From assembly GCA_028825115.1 (NCBI GenBank), contig JAPKAV010000005.1, forward strand, positions 1,563 through 65,562: a DNA stretch of 64,000 bases, written 5' to 3'. Origin of the DNA: Candidatus Nanopelagicales bacterium. Its GTDB lineage: Bacteria; Actinomycetota; Actinomycetes; S36-B12. A model generated the notes under the pieces. The model saw nothing but the letters and a program-made list of their open reading frames with translations, had not been told where the DNA came from and did not search any database. Shown here one piece after another: positions 1 to 8,868 of this stretch. Each line of letters starts with the position of its first letter. Positions within the stretch are counted from its first letter, which is position 1. The translations under genes and the position numbers were made by a program.

Positions 1-569
1 AGATCTCGACCCAATGCATGTACATGTTTGGCTAACTCGTGCGCGAATGACACGGGTTGAGCGTGTTGCAAGTGCGTGAACCCTGGAGAATACGTCGAAA
101 TATTTTTATTGGCCTGATCCAAGAATGCCTCTTGGAGGCCAATCATCTCCCCCGCTATTTGTTGTGCGTGATCGCGCAAATAAAGTTTGAAGTCGGTCGC
201 AACCTGATCATTTCTACTACGACCCGCGCGAAGTTTCCCGCCGAGTTCTCCCAAAAGCGAAATCAATCCACGCTCAACAGCCGAATGAACATCTTCATCA
301 TCTTCATTGGGTGTGAACTCCCCACTAGCCACCTGCGTAGCCAGGGTGTCGAGCGCCAAAACCACACTTCGGCTTTCCTCATGAGTCAACAATCCAGCGT
401 GTTCTAGCACCTGCGCATGAGCCCTTGTTTGCATCAAGTCATAGGGGGCAAGCTTCCAATCAAAGTGTGTTGAACGGCTCAGTCGCGCCATGGCGGGTGA
501 AGGACCTGATGCAAAACGTCCACCCCAGAGTCTGCTTTCACTATTGCTCTGCGAACTTGTGTTTACCAC
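1..569 (-). CDS. argH: argininosuccinate lyase, N-terminal part (gene runs off the window start)
   Basis: Not in the ORF track because it is truncated by the window edge. My minus-strand translation from GTG 569 reads VVNTSSQSNSESRLWGGRFASGPSPAMARLSRSTHFDWKLAPYDL...LGGKLRAGRSRNDQVATDFKLYLRD...SPGFTHLQHAQPVSFAHELAKHVHALGRD. This is an ArgH N-terminus with the fumarate-lyase RSRNDQVATD motif. The start lies 2 nt after the argR stop. Confidence 0.85.
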   Translation of the reverse strand, partial: MVNTSSQSNSESRLWGGRFASGPSPAMARLSRSTHFDWKLAPYDLMQTRAHAQVLEHAGLLTHEESRSVVLALDTLATQVASGEFTPNEDDEDVHSAVERGLISLLGELGGKLRAGRSRNDQVATDFKLYLRDHAQQIAGEMIGLQEAFLDQANKNISTYSPGFTHLQHAQPVSFAHELAKHVHALGRD

Positions 570-571
570 TT

Positions 572-1075
572 TTAAGTCCCACTCTCGGCCAGTGCAACTA
601 AATCGTTGCAAATCTTTTTCGCTTCTGTTTCGCTCCGCGCAACCAAGAAAATTGTGTCATCTCCCGCGACTGTTCCCAGAGTATCGAAACGACCACTTCG
701 ATCAAGATGCCCGGCAAGGAATTGCGCGCCACCCGGTGGAGTACGTACCACTACCATCACTTGCGAGTATTCGGCGCTGAGTAGAAGTTCACGTAACGTC
801 CGCACTAGTGCCTGCTGGGACCCCTGAGCACGCAAGGAGGTATTCGATTCACTCGGGACGATGTAGTGCGCACCTGATCCACCAGGGTCTAACGATTTGG
901 TAGCGCCAAGTGCTTCCAAATCTCGAGAAAGCGTAGCTTGCGTGACACTGAAACCCTGCGTCCGCAAAAGTTCTATAAGCTCCTGCTGACTATGCACGCG
1001 ATTGGTACTGACCAAATCCGCGACCAAAGAACGACGCGAACTCACTGTCGCAGGAGCCCGCCTAGATTCCATCAC
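572..1075 (-). CDS. argR: arginine repressor
   Basis: 167 aa. N-terminal winged helix (SQQELIELLRTQGFSVTQATLSRDLEALG) and C-terminal ArgR oligomerisation/arginine-binding domain (GTVAGDDTIFLVAR). ATGA overlap with the argD stop. Confidence 0.85.
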   Translation of the reverse strand: MMESRRAPATVSSRRSLVADLVSTNRVHSQQELIELLRTQGFSVTQATLSRDLEALGATKSLDPGGSGAHYIVPSESNTSLRAQGSQQALVRTLRELLLSAEYSQVMVVVRTPPGGAQFLAGHLDRSGRFDTLGTVAGDDTIFLVARSETEAKKICNDLVALAESGT

Positions 1076-2256
1076 GATGGGACCTCGCTGAAATAGTTAC
1101 AGGTGAGTGCCCAGCGCAGGAGCGCTTGCTCCACCTCTGCATCAGTAATCGTGAGCGCAGGCGCCAGTCGGACCGCAGTTGGAGTCACCGCATTCAGAAG
1201 TAGACCGTGTTCGAGCGCCTTTGCCACAAATTTTGCGGCCGGATCGCTTTCGCCCTCAATGTGAACTTCCGCAGCTAAAAGGAGCCCACGTCCGCGGACC
1301 TGAGTCACAATACCGTGGGATCTGTTGACCAATGACTCTTTCAACTCCTGTCCGAGCGTAGTTGCGCGACTCAGAAGACCTTCTTGTTCGATTACGTTTA
1401 TCACTGAAATCGCAGCGGCACACGAAACGGGATTTCCACCAAATGTCGACCCGTGTGAGCCAGGTGTAAACAATTTGGATGCTTCCCCGCAAGTGATCAA
1501 TGCACCGATTGGTAGTCCACCCGCCAAGCTTTTGGCCACGGTGATCGCATCAGGAGTGACACCACTTTCCGCATGTGCCCACCATGCGCCGGTACGACCA
1601 ATTCCCGTTTGGACCTCATCAATGATCAGCAGCGCTCCGACCTCGCTTGTCAACTCCCGCGCAGACCGAATGAACTCCCATGAAAGTGAACGCACCCCCG
1701 CCTCACCCTGGATCACTTCGAGGAAAACGGCCGCAGTTGCTGAAGTAATTGCCACCCTCAAGGCCTCGAGGTCGTTAATCGCAACCACGGTTACGTCATT
1801 TAATAGTGGCTCGAATGGCTTCTGTTTAGCCGGTTGTGCGGTGAGTGAAAGGGATCCCATAGTCCGGCCATGAAAACTACCTTCCACGACAACAACTTGG
1901 GTCTTTCCTGTTAGCCGTGACAATTTTAGAGCTGACTCATTCGCCTCGGCTCCGGAATTACAAAAGAATACTTTTGCGCCGGGCCATCCCACTAACTCCT
2001 GCAATTTATTGGCCAACTTCACCGATGGGCCATTGATATACAAATTGCTGGTATGTACCAACGTCCCCACTTGATCAGAGACAGCCTGCACATATTTCGG
2101 ATGTGCGGCACCCAGAATATTGACGGCAATGCCTCCAAGTAAATCAATGTACTCGCCGCCGGTCACATCCCACACACGAGAGCCCTGACCTCGCACAAGC
2201 GTCAACTCAGGCGTGCCATAAGTGTTAAGAAAAGTCTCCTCCCAATTCACATTCAT
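1072..2256 (-). CDS. argD: acetylornithine aminotransferase
   Basis: Class-III PLP aminotransferase motifs (FCNSGAEANE, IIDEVQTGIGRTG, TVAKSLAGGLP). Start moved to ATG 2256 (MNVNWEETFLNTYG), which forms an ATGA overlap with the argB stop. The ORF-track start at 2349 would overlap argB by 97 nt. Confidence 0.9.
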   Translation of the reverse strand: MNVNWEETFLNTYGTPELTLVRGQGSRVWDVTGGEYIDLLGGIAVNILGAAHPKYVQAVSDQVGTLVHTSNLYINGPSVKLANKLQELVGWPGAKVFFCNSGAEANESALKLSRLTGKTQVVVVEGSFHGRTMGSLSLTAQPAKQKPFEPLLNDVTVVAINDLEALRVAITSATAAVFLEVIQGEAGVRSLSWEFIRSARELTSEVGALLIIDEVQTGIGRTGAWWAHAESGVTPDAITVAKSLAGGLPIGALITCGEASKLFTPGSHGSTFGGNPVSCAAAISVINVIEQEGLLSRATTLGQELKESLVNRSHGIVTQVRGRGLLLAAEVHIEGESDPAAKFVAKALEHGLLLNAVTPTAVRLAPALTITDAEVEQALLRWALTCNYFSEVPS

Positions 2257-3053
2257 GGCGTAATCAATGTCCCGAAATTGCGATTCGTGGACAGGGCTTT
2301 TATCAACGAATGTTCCGTACTGCCATTGATTATTTGGACGCTCTCGCATCCACTACGTATCGCAAGGATGGAGGATTCAAGTTTAGGGATCATGCCTTCT
2401 GTCACGCTCGGAACCAACTCGCACACTTGGTCAAGGGTCATCTCACTAAGGAGTGACTCGGGATCTGGATAGGCGGCGAAGACTCCATCCACATCAGTCA
2501 TCAAAATGAGTCTTTGTGCGCCTAGTGCACCCCCAAGAGAACCGGCTACCGCATCTGCATTCACGTTGAGGCTTTCACCGTCGTGAGTCGATGAAACAGG
2601 TGAAACCACTGGAATATATCCATTATCTAGTAACACATGAATAAGTTTCGGATTGGTAAAGGCAACTGTGCCTACTAGACCAAGATCTAGCTCCTGATCA
2701 ACTAGCCGCGTAGAAGTAAGAACCTTTGCATCCTCTCCACTGACTCCAACCGCGGGTACCTTATTCGTGTTGAGTGCAGTTACCAAATTTCTTTGTACTT
2801 CTCCAGAAAGCACGGTCGCCACCACTGATGCAATTTCTGCGGTCGTCACCCGAAGACCACCCACAAATTCGCTCTGTATTTTGAGTCGGCTTAACATCTC
2901 GGAGATTTGCGGTCCGCCGCCATGTGAAATAACAATGCGAAATCCTTGTTCCCCGAGCGCAGATACGTCCTGGGCAAAGGATGTAAATAGTTCCGGTGAG
3001 GTCATCGCGTTACCACCAAATTTTATGACCAAGATAGGTCCATGGGTACTCAT
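2253..3053 (-). CDS. argB: acetylglutamate kinase
   Basis: 266 aa amino-acid-kinase fold (LVIKFGGNAM, SHGGGPQI, VNADAVAGSLG). Sits in the argJ-argB-argD order with 4-nt overlaps. Confidence 0.9.
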   Translation of the reverse strand: MSTHGPILVIKFGGNAMTSPELFTSFAQDVSALGEQGFRIVISHGGGPQISEMLSRLKIQSEFVGGLRVTTAEIASVVATVLSGEVQRNLVTALNTNKVPAVGVSGEDAKVLTSTRLVDQELDLGLVGTVAFTNPKLIHVLLDNGYIPVVSPVSSTHDGESLNVNADAVAGSLGGALGAQRLILMTDVDGVFAAYPDPESLLSEMTLDQVCELVPSVTEGMIPKLESSILAIRSGCESVQIINGSTEHSLIKALSTNRNFGTLITP

Positions 3054-4219
3054 GTCGAGTACTCAGAATTTTCGACCACGTAACCGATGGAGAGGTCATT
3101 TGTTCGGATGATGGCTTGATGAACTCCTGCATTGAGATCAATAAGCACGTCAACCCGGCGCAGTGACAAATCAACGGCAGAGCGATCCTCGCCTGCTCCC
3201 CCACCGATACAGATTTTCACCCCGTTGATGCTCACGTCGACTTCGTCTGCCGAAAAAGTTGCACTTGTTGTGCCAACGGCGGAAAGGATGCGACCCCAAT
3301 TCGGATCCTCACCGAACATGGCGCACTTAAACAGGTTGCTACGAGACACCGACCGTCCCACCTGAACGGCGTCACTTTCGCAACTGGCACCGGTAACCTC
3401 AATATGGATGTCTTTAGTCGAACCCTCAGCGTCAGCCATTAGTTGCTGCGCCAAGTCTTCACACACCCGGGTCAGCCCCTCCTGGAATTCTTTGGGATCC
3501 GGTGACGCTCCACTGGCAGCATTGGCCAACAAAATAACCGTGTCATTGGTTGACATGCATCCGTCCGAGTCCAAACGGTCAAATGTCTGTGACGTTGCGA
3601 ACTCTAAAGCCTGCTGGAGAAATTCCGAATCAATGTCGGCGTCAGTGGTGATAACTGAAAGCATCGTTGCCATTCCCGGGGCTAACATTCCCGCGCCTTT
3701 CGCCATGCCTCCAATGGTGTATCCGTCTTCGCGGAGTTCAGAAATCTTACGTTGGGTGTCCGTGGTCATGATTGCATCGGCCGCGTCCGCACCACCAGTA
3801 GGAGCTAATCGGGAAACTGCAAGGTCGATGCCTTTCCCAAGTGCGGCCATGTCAAGCCGCTCTCCAATCAACCCGGTTGAGCATACGAATACTTCACCAG
3901 CCCCAAAATCACCAAGCCCTCGTGCCGTTAACCCTGCGGCTACAAGTTCAGCAGTTGCATGGGCATCAGCAAACCCTGCTGGACCGGTGCACGCGTTTGC
4001 ACCTCCAGCATTGAGAACAACTACCCGTGCGTAACCCCCTAATCGAATCTGACGGGACCAAATCACGGGGGCAGCAGCAAATTTGTTGGTGGTAAATACG
4101 GCAGCAGACGCTGCTTTGAGACCAGTATTGACGATCAATGAGAGGTCTTTTGCACCGCTGGATTTGAGTCCGGCTGTCACTCCCGCAGCGGTAAAACCCT
4201 GGGCCTGTGTCACACTCAC
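3050..4219 (-). CDS. argJ: bifunctional ornithine acetyltransferase / N-acetylglutamate synthase
   Basis: ArgJ family with the self-cleavage region PGMATMLSVITTDA. GTG 4219 overlaps the argC TGA (GTGA) and gives MSVTQAQGFTAAGV. The ORF-track start at 4267 would overlap argC by 52 nt. Confidence 0.9.
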   Translation of the reverse strand: MSVTQAQGFTAAGVTAGLKSSGAKDLSLIVNTGLKAASAAVFTTNKFAAAPVIWSRQIRLGGYARVVVLNAGGANACTGPAGFADAHATAELVAAGLTARGLGDFGAGEVFVCSTGLIGERLDMAALGKGIDLAVSRLAPTGGADAADAIMTTDTQRKISELREDGYTIGGMAKGAGMLAPGMATMLSVITTDADIDSEFLQQALEFATSQTFDRLDSDGCMSTNDTVILLANAASGASPDPKEFQEGLTRVCEDLAQQLMADAEGSTKDIHIEVTGASCESDAVQVGRSVSRSNLFKCAMFGEDPNWGRILSAVGTTSATFSADEVDVSINGVKICIGGGAGEDRSAVDLSLRRVDVLIDLNAGVHQAIIRTNDLSIGYVVENSEYST

Positions 4220-5253
4220 GGCGACACTCCTGTGTGTAGTAGTCCACTCGATTCTGTAAGCCCGCACATAAGGTTTGCATTTTGAATTGCCTGTCCGGCT
4301 GCGCCTTTTCCTAAGTTATCCAGGGTTGCAATGACGATTAATTGCTGTGAATGTTCGTCAACACTCACGCTGAGTTGTACGAAATTGCTGCCGCTGACAC
4401 TTCCGGTATTGGGCATTTGACCGGGCTCAAGAACGGAGACAAAAGTCGAATGCTCATAATACTCCTGATAGATACTAATCGGTTCCACCGTGCTCGATCC
4501 GGACATTGAACTCGTGCACGAGGCGATAATCCCCCTACGCATCGGAGCTAATAGCGGCGTAAAGTTAATACGTGAACTGACTTCTGGTCGAATTGAGTTC
4601 AACGTCTGCTCAATTTCTGGGATGTGCTGGTGCACTCCACCGATCTTGTACGCACTAATCGAACCCATTACTTCCGAGGCCATAAGTGCTTGTGACAGGA
4701 CACGACCCGCTCCACTTGTCCCACTTGCGGCTACAACGTTGATCGTTGAGTGCCCCATTATTCGATGAGCAACTGCTGGTGCGCACGCCAAGGAAATGGC
4801 TGTTGCATAACACCCCGGATTTGCCACCGTGGTTGACCGTGAGATGTGTCTGCGTTGATCCCCAACCTCAGGCAACCCATAGGTCCATGACCCGGCGTGT
4901 ACCCCACTGTAATACCGGTCCCATGCGCCCGGGTCCACTAGCCGAAAATCTGCGCCCAGGTCAACAATCTTTTGGCCCGGGTCCATTTCCAAGAGTTCCT
5001 GGGCAATCGATGCTGAATGACCATGGGGCAGGGCCATAAACACGAGATCAGCCTTAAGCCGGTTCGCTGTTGTGGGGCACATTTTGACCGAGCCCACCGA
5101 AGTTGGGGCCAAAGCCGGATGAACCGAGTCCACCCGTTCGCCCACCGAAGAATGTGCCGCCGCTGCAATCACCTCGAACTGTGGATGATTATTGAGGAGA
5201 CGCATGAGCTCCCCTCCCGCGTAACCTGAGGCCCCGGCAATTGATACTCGCAT
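4216..5253 (-). CDS. argC: N-acetyl-gamma-glutamyl-phosphate reductase
   Basis: NAD-binding IAGASGYAGGEL and catalytic-Cys motif NPGCYAT. Start taken at ATG 5253 (MRVSIAGASGY); the ORF-track GTG at 5268 adds 5 unlikely residues. Confidence 0.9.
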   Translation of the reverse strand: MRVSIAGASGYAGGELMRLLNNHPQFEVIAAAAHSSVGERVDSVHPALAPTSVGSVKMCPTTANRLKADLVFMALPHGHSASIAQELLEMDPGQKIVDLGADFRLVDPGAWDRYYSGVHAGSWTYGLPEVGDQRRHISRSTTVANPGCYATAISLACAPAVAHRIMGHSTINVVAASGTSGAGRVLSQALMASEVMGSISAYKIGGVHQHIPEIEQTLNSIRPEVSSRINFTPLLAPMRRGIIASCTSSMSGSSTVEPISIYQEYYEHSTFVSVLEPGQMPNTGSVSGSNFVQLSVSVDEHSQQLIVIATLDNLGKGAAGQAIQNANLMCGLTESSGLLHTGVSP

Positions 5254-5295
5254 ACCTACAATATACACATATGCACATATAATGTAGGTATTGGC
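5254..5295 (-). promoter_or_regulatory. candidate argC promoter/operator (AT-rich palindrome; possible leaderless start)
   Basis: 42-nt AT-rich spacer between the pheT stop and the argC ATG. A 9-bp inverted repeat ATACCTACA/TGTAGGTAT (5252-5260 and 5283-5291) flanks a tandem ATATGTG-c-ATATGTG (minus strand). A minus-strand TATATT (5260-5265) ends 6 nt before the ATG, which is the spacing expected for a leaderless transcript. There is no Shine-Dalgarno sequence at a usable distance. Confidence 0.35.
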
Positions 5296-7767
5296 CTATC
5301 GCAGTGTGCCTCCCACGCGTTCTGCGACCAGAGAAATGATGCGGTCCCTTAGGTTATGCAATTGCTCGGCCGACAAGGTATGGCCCTCACTTCTTAACCG
5401 CAACGAGTAGGCCAACGATTTATGGCTAGGTGGAATTTGATCACCCTCGTACACATCGAAGAGGCGAATCGTCTCCAGTAAGTCGCCTGTGGCCTCACGG
5501 ATTATGGCTTCAACTTCGGTGGCTGGATATCCGCGTTCGACCACGAACGCAAGGTCCTCCTTGGCCAGCGGTGAGTTTGAGAAAGTCGGTGCGACGGTGC
5601 TTCTTGGCGCCGCGCTCATCAACTTGGTCAAATCCACCTCCGCCGCGCAACTCCGCTTGGGTAAGTTCCAGTATTCAACAATTGACGGGTGCAGTTCACC
5701 AGCAAATCCGATCACGCCCCCCGCTCCCGCAAGCGTCAACTTGGCACAGCGGCCGGGGTGAAAACTTGGATCGCTTCCGGTACGGATTTCTAGAGCAATT
5801 CCGAGTTCGTCCGCGACAGCGATTACGGCGTCCAATGAATCGCGCCAGCTAGCCAGTCGTGGACTCCCCCACACCCCGGCAGATTCCACAGCACCGCAGA
5901 AAACAGCCCCCAGGTGTTCAGGTTGGGCCGGCAGCGCCTGCTGCATGTCAACCCACGCCTGCTCCGAAGGTTTAGATTCCACTCCGGGGTCAAGATCGCT
6001 CTTATTCACCCCACCAAGGAACACCGACCCGATTTCATACAGCGCCAAGTCATTTTCGCCTCGGCCAACATTTCTCGCAGCAACCGAAAGTAGCCCCGGT
6101 AAGAGAGTGGATCGCATTTTGGGCGCGAGCTCTGAAAGTGGGTTGACTAAAGTTGGTGATGACCTGCGCGGATCATTCTCAGGAAACCGCAACGCATCTA
6201 GGTCCGCCGATCCGATGAAGGGATAAGCGCGAATTTCGTGCAAGCCTCGCCCCGCTAAAAGGTTACCCACTCGACGACGCGTTCGTTGTTCGAAAGTTAA
6301 CCCTCGCCCGGCCGGCGCAGTCGGCAAAGTTGATGGAAGTTTCTCGTAACCTACAAGCCGAACGACTTCTTCGACAAGATCCGCTGGCTGTGTCAAATCT
6401 GGACGCCAACTGGCCGGAGTAACTAAGAGCGTCCCAGGCCCACGTGGTTCATGTGTAGCGCCTATTGCATTGAGTTTCTCAATCACTGTTGCATGATCAA
6501 TAGACATACCCGCGGTGCGCGTTGAGAGGCCCAGATCAAATTCGATCACGGTTTCAGACAACGGTGATTCCACCGCGCTCATCCCGGCATAAGTACCACC
6601 TCCATGTTCGATTAGGAGCGCGCACACTCGAGCTGATGCAACCGGAGCCAATTCTCGATCCACACCTCGCTCAAAGCGTCGTGATGCCTCACTGGAAATC
6701 TTGTGTCGCCGCGAATTTCCGGCGACTGTGGAAGCTGGAAAGAACGCGGCTTCAATCGCAATATTGGTGGTGTTCCCATCAATTTCTGTGGCGAATCCAC
6801 CCATGGTTCCGGCAAGTGCAATCGGACCACTTGAGTCGGCAATCACGGTATCTAGTGGAGAAAGGATTCTTTCAACATGATCTAGAGTCTCCAGTTTTTC
6901 TCCGGACTCCCCGCGCCGTACCCGCACTGCTCCTTCAAGTTTGTCCAGATCAAAAGCATGTGTTGGCTGCCCCATCTCCAACATGACATAGTTGGTTACG
7001 TCAACTGCTAACGAGATGCTCCGCATCCCCGAAGCTTGCAATCGAGCGACCATGTATCGAGGAGTCAAAGCGTCGGGATTAAACCCGTTAATCGTGCGCA
7101 ATGTCAGCAATTCACAAGCGCTGAAGTCTTCGATAGCGCAATCTCGTGGAGTTGTCCCAGTTTTGGGGGCGCCCAATTCTGGTTCAAAATGGGACGCTGG
7201 ATCGCGAAAGTCAACTCCAAATGCGGTCGCGACCTCCCGCGCGATGCCGCGAACCGACAGGGCGTATCCGCGATCAGGGGTAATAGCAATGTCGAGTACC
7301 TGGTCCCCAATTCCCAGCAGTTTATTGGCATTCTGACCCGGCTCAACACCGGATAACACCATTATTCCGGCATGGTCGGGACCCAGCCCCAATTCACGCT
7401 CTGAACAAATCATGCCGTCCGAGACATGGCCGTAGGTTTCACGCGATGTAATTGTGAAATCACCCGGCAAAGTGATGCCGGGCTCTGCGACAACTACGCA
7501 CTCTCCCACTGCGAAATTGCTTGCCCCGCACACAATCCCTCGGATCTGAGTCCCTATGTCAACCTGGCACCACCGAATGGGTTTCTTGAACTCCGTCAGT
7601 TCTTCTATTTCAAGTACCCTCCCAATGACTAGGGTTCCATGAATACCTTCACCGACAGTGTCAACACTCTCGACCTCAAGCCCAGCGTTAATCAGAGCCT
7701 GCGCAACCTCGCGCCCCGATTCGTGCGCAGGGGCGAATTCCTTAATCCACGACAAGGGGAGTTTCAC
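5296..7767 (-). CDS. pheT: phenylalanine--tRNA ligase beta subunit
   Basis: 823 aa. N-terminal tRNA-binding domain (MKLPLSWIKEF...), B3/4, B5 and a C-terminal FDX-ACB domain. Lies immediately after pheS. Confidence 0.95.
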   Translation of the reverse strand: MKLPLSWIKEFAPAHESGREVAQALINAGLEVESVDTVGEGIHGTLVIGRVLEIEELTEFKKPIRWCQVDIGTQIRGIVCGASNFAVGECVVVAEPGITLPGDFTITSRETYGHVSDGMICSERELGLGPDHAGIMVLSGVEPGQNANKLLGIGDQVLDIAITPDRGYALSVRGIAREVATAFGVDFRDPASHFEPELGAPKTGTTPRDCAIEDFSACELLTLRTINGFNPDALTPRYMVARLQASGMRSISLAVDVTNYVMLEMGQPTHAFDLDKLEGAVRVRRGESGEKLETLDHVERILSPLDTVIADSSGPIALAGTMGGFATEIDGNTTNIAIEAAFFPASTVAGNSRRHKISSEASRRFERGVDRELAPVASARVCALLIEHGGGTYAGMSAVESPLSETVIEFDLGLSTRTAGMSIDHATVIEKLNAIGATHEPRGPGTLLVTPASWRPDLTQPADLVEEVVRLVGYEKLPSTLPTAPAGRGLTFEQRTRRRVGNLLAGRGLHEIRAYPFIGSADLDALRFPENDPRRSSPTLVNPLSELAPKMRSTLLPGLLSVAARNVGRGENDLALYEIGSVFLGGVNKSDLDPGVESKPSEQAWVDMQQALPAQPEHLGAVFCGAVESAGVWGSPRLASWRDSLDAVIAVADELGIALEIRTGSDPSFHPGRCAKLTLAGAGGVIGFAGELHPSIVEYWNLPKRSCAAEVDLTKLMSAAPRSTVAPTFSNSPLAKEDLAFVVERGYPATEVEAIIREATGDLLETIRLFDVYEGDQIPPSHKSLAYSLRLRSEGHTLSAEQLHNLRDRIISLVAERVGGTLR

Positions 7768-8867
7768 TAGGCCTCCAGCCCGAAAGCACCAGTGAATCGG
7801 ATGTCACCCTCAACCATCTCACGCATGTCGGAAACTCCACTTCTGAACATCAGGGTCCGTTCGATTCCCATGCCAAACGCGAAACCGGAATACACATCGG
7901 CGTCAATTCCCACAGCACGCAACACCTTGGGGTTAACCATGCCGCAGCCACCCCATTCAATCCATCCCTCACCGCCACATGCACGACAATCGACCGCGCT
8001 GGAATCACCCAAACAGACGAAACACTTCAAATCCACTTCGGCACTTGGCTCCGTAAATGGAAAGAAAGATGGGCGCCAACGGATATCAATCTGGGGCCCG
8101 AACATCACGTGCGCCAGGTGGTTCAAGGTCCCCCGAAGGTCAGCCATGGACAGTCCCTTGTCGACGGCTAAGCCTTCTATTTGGTGAAACACAGGTGTGT
8201 GAGTTGCGTCTAGTTCATCGGTGCGAAAAACTCTACCGGGGGCAACAACGTAGATAGGCAATTCGCGTTCAAGCATTGCTCGAACTTGAATGGGGGACGT
8301 ATGGGTCCGCAGCACAACTCCTGAATCTGGACTTTCCACAAAAAATGTGTCCTGCATGAGTCGGGCAGGGTGGTCCTTAGGAAAATTCAATGCATCGAAA
8401 TTTGCCCACTCAAGTTCCAGCTCCGGTCCCTCAGCTATTTCATAACCCATCGCGATAAATACGTCACATAGTCTTTCCATGAGCGTGGTCAATGGATGAC
8501 GAGCGCCGCGCTTAAGCCGATCTACCGGGACACTGACATCGACCTTTTCCGACAAGAGAACTTCATTGTCTCGGATTTGCGTAAGTTCAGCCTCACGTGA
8601 TTCCAAGGCGTCCTTTATGCGAGCCTTAGCTTCACCTATTCTCTTGCCCACCTCGGCCTTAGCCGCCGGCGGTAAAGCGCCGATTTCTCGATTGGCGAGG
8701 GAAATTGAAGAGCGGTCACCGAAGTGGGTGAGCCGAGCCACCTTGAGCGATTCCAAGTCCGATGCAGAGGAAAGTGCGGCAATAGCTTCAACGACCATTT
8801 CATCTACTGACTCGGAACTCAACGCGGAAACCTGTTTCGGATCGAATGACTTATTAGGTGCGGACAA
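7767..8867 (-). CDS. pheS: phenylalanine--tRNA ligase alpha subunit
   Basis: Class-II aaRS core ([31 protein letters not shown]). Start moved to TTG 8867, which has GGAGG 6 nt upstream and lies 1 nt after the cysNC TAA. The ORF-track TTG at 8891 would overlap cysNC. Confidence 0.93.
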   Translation of the reverse strand: MSAPNKSFDPKQVSALSSESVDEMVVEAIAALSSASDLESLKVARLTHFGDRSSISLANREIGALPPAAKAEVGKRIGEAKARIKDALESREAELTQIRDNEVLLSEKVDVSVPVDRLKRGARHPLTTLMERLCDVFIAMGYEIAEGPELELEWANFDALNFPKDHPARLMQDTFFVESPDSGVVLRTHTSPIQVRAMLERELPIYVVAPGRVFRTDELDATHTPVFHQIEGLAVDKGLSMADLRGTLNHLAHVMFGPQIDIRWRPSFFPFTEPSAEVDLKCFVCLGDSSAVDCRACGGEGWIEWGGCGMVNPKVLRAVGIDADVYSGFAFGMGIERTLMFRSGVSDMREMVEGDIRFTGAFGLEA

Positions 8868-8868
8868 C

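Noticed and set aside
57-407. 116-aa plus-strand ORF at the window start
   Set aside because: It is the antisense frame of argH, whose minus-strand translation matches argininosuccinate lyase motif for motif. The plus-strand product has no protein-like features.
3408-4034. Long antisense or alternative-frame ORFs, e.g. 3408-4034, 1325-1873, 28927-29523, 34483-35037, 38444-38768 and 58651-59199
   Set aside because: Each lies entirely within a confidently identified gene on the opposite strand or in another frame. Their products are Ser/Arg/Pro/Ala-rich, the usual shadow-ORF composition in GC-biased coding DNA.
5252-5291. The 9-bp inverted repeat after pheT as a rho-independent terminator
   Set aside because: It has a 22-nt AT-rich loop and no trailing U-tract, and its 3' arm contains the argC start codon. 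An operator or promoter role is more likely.
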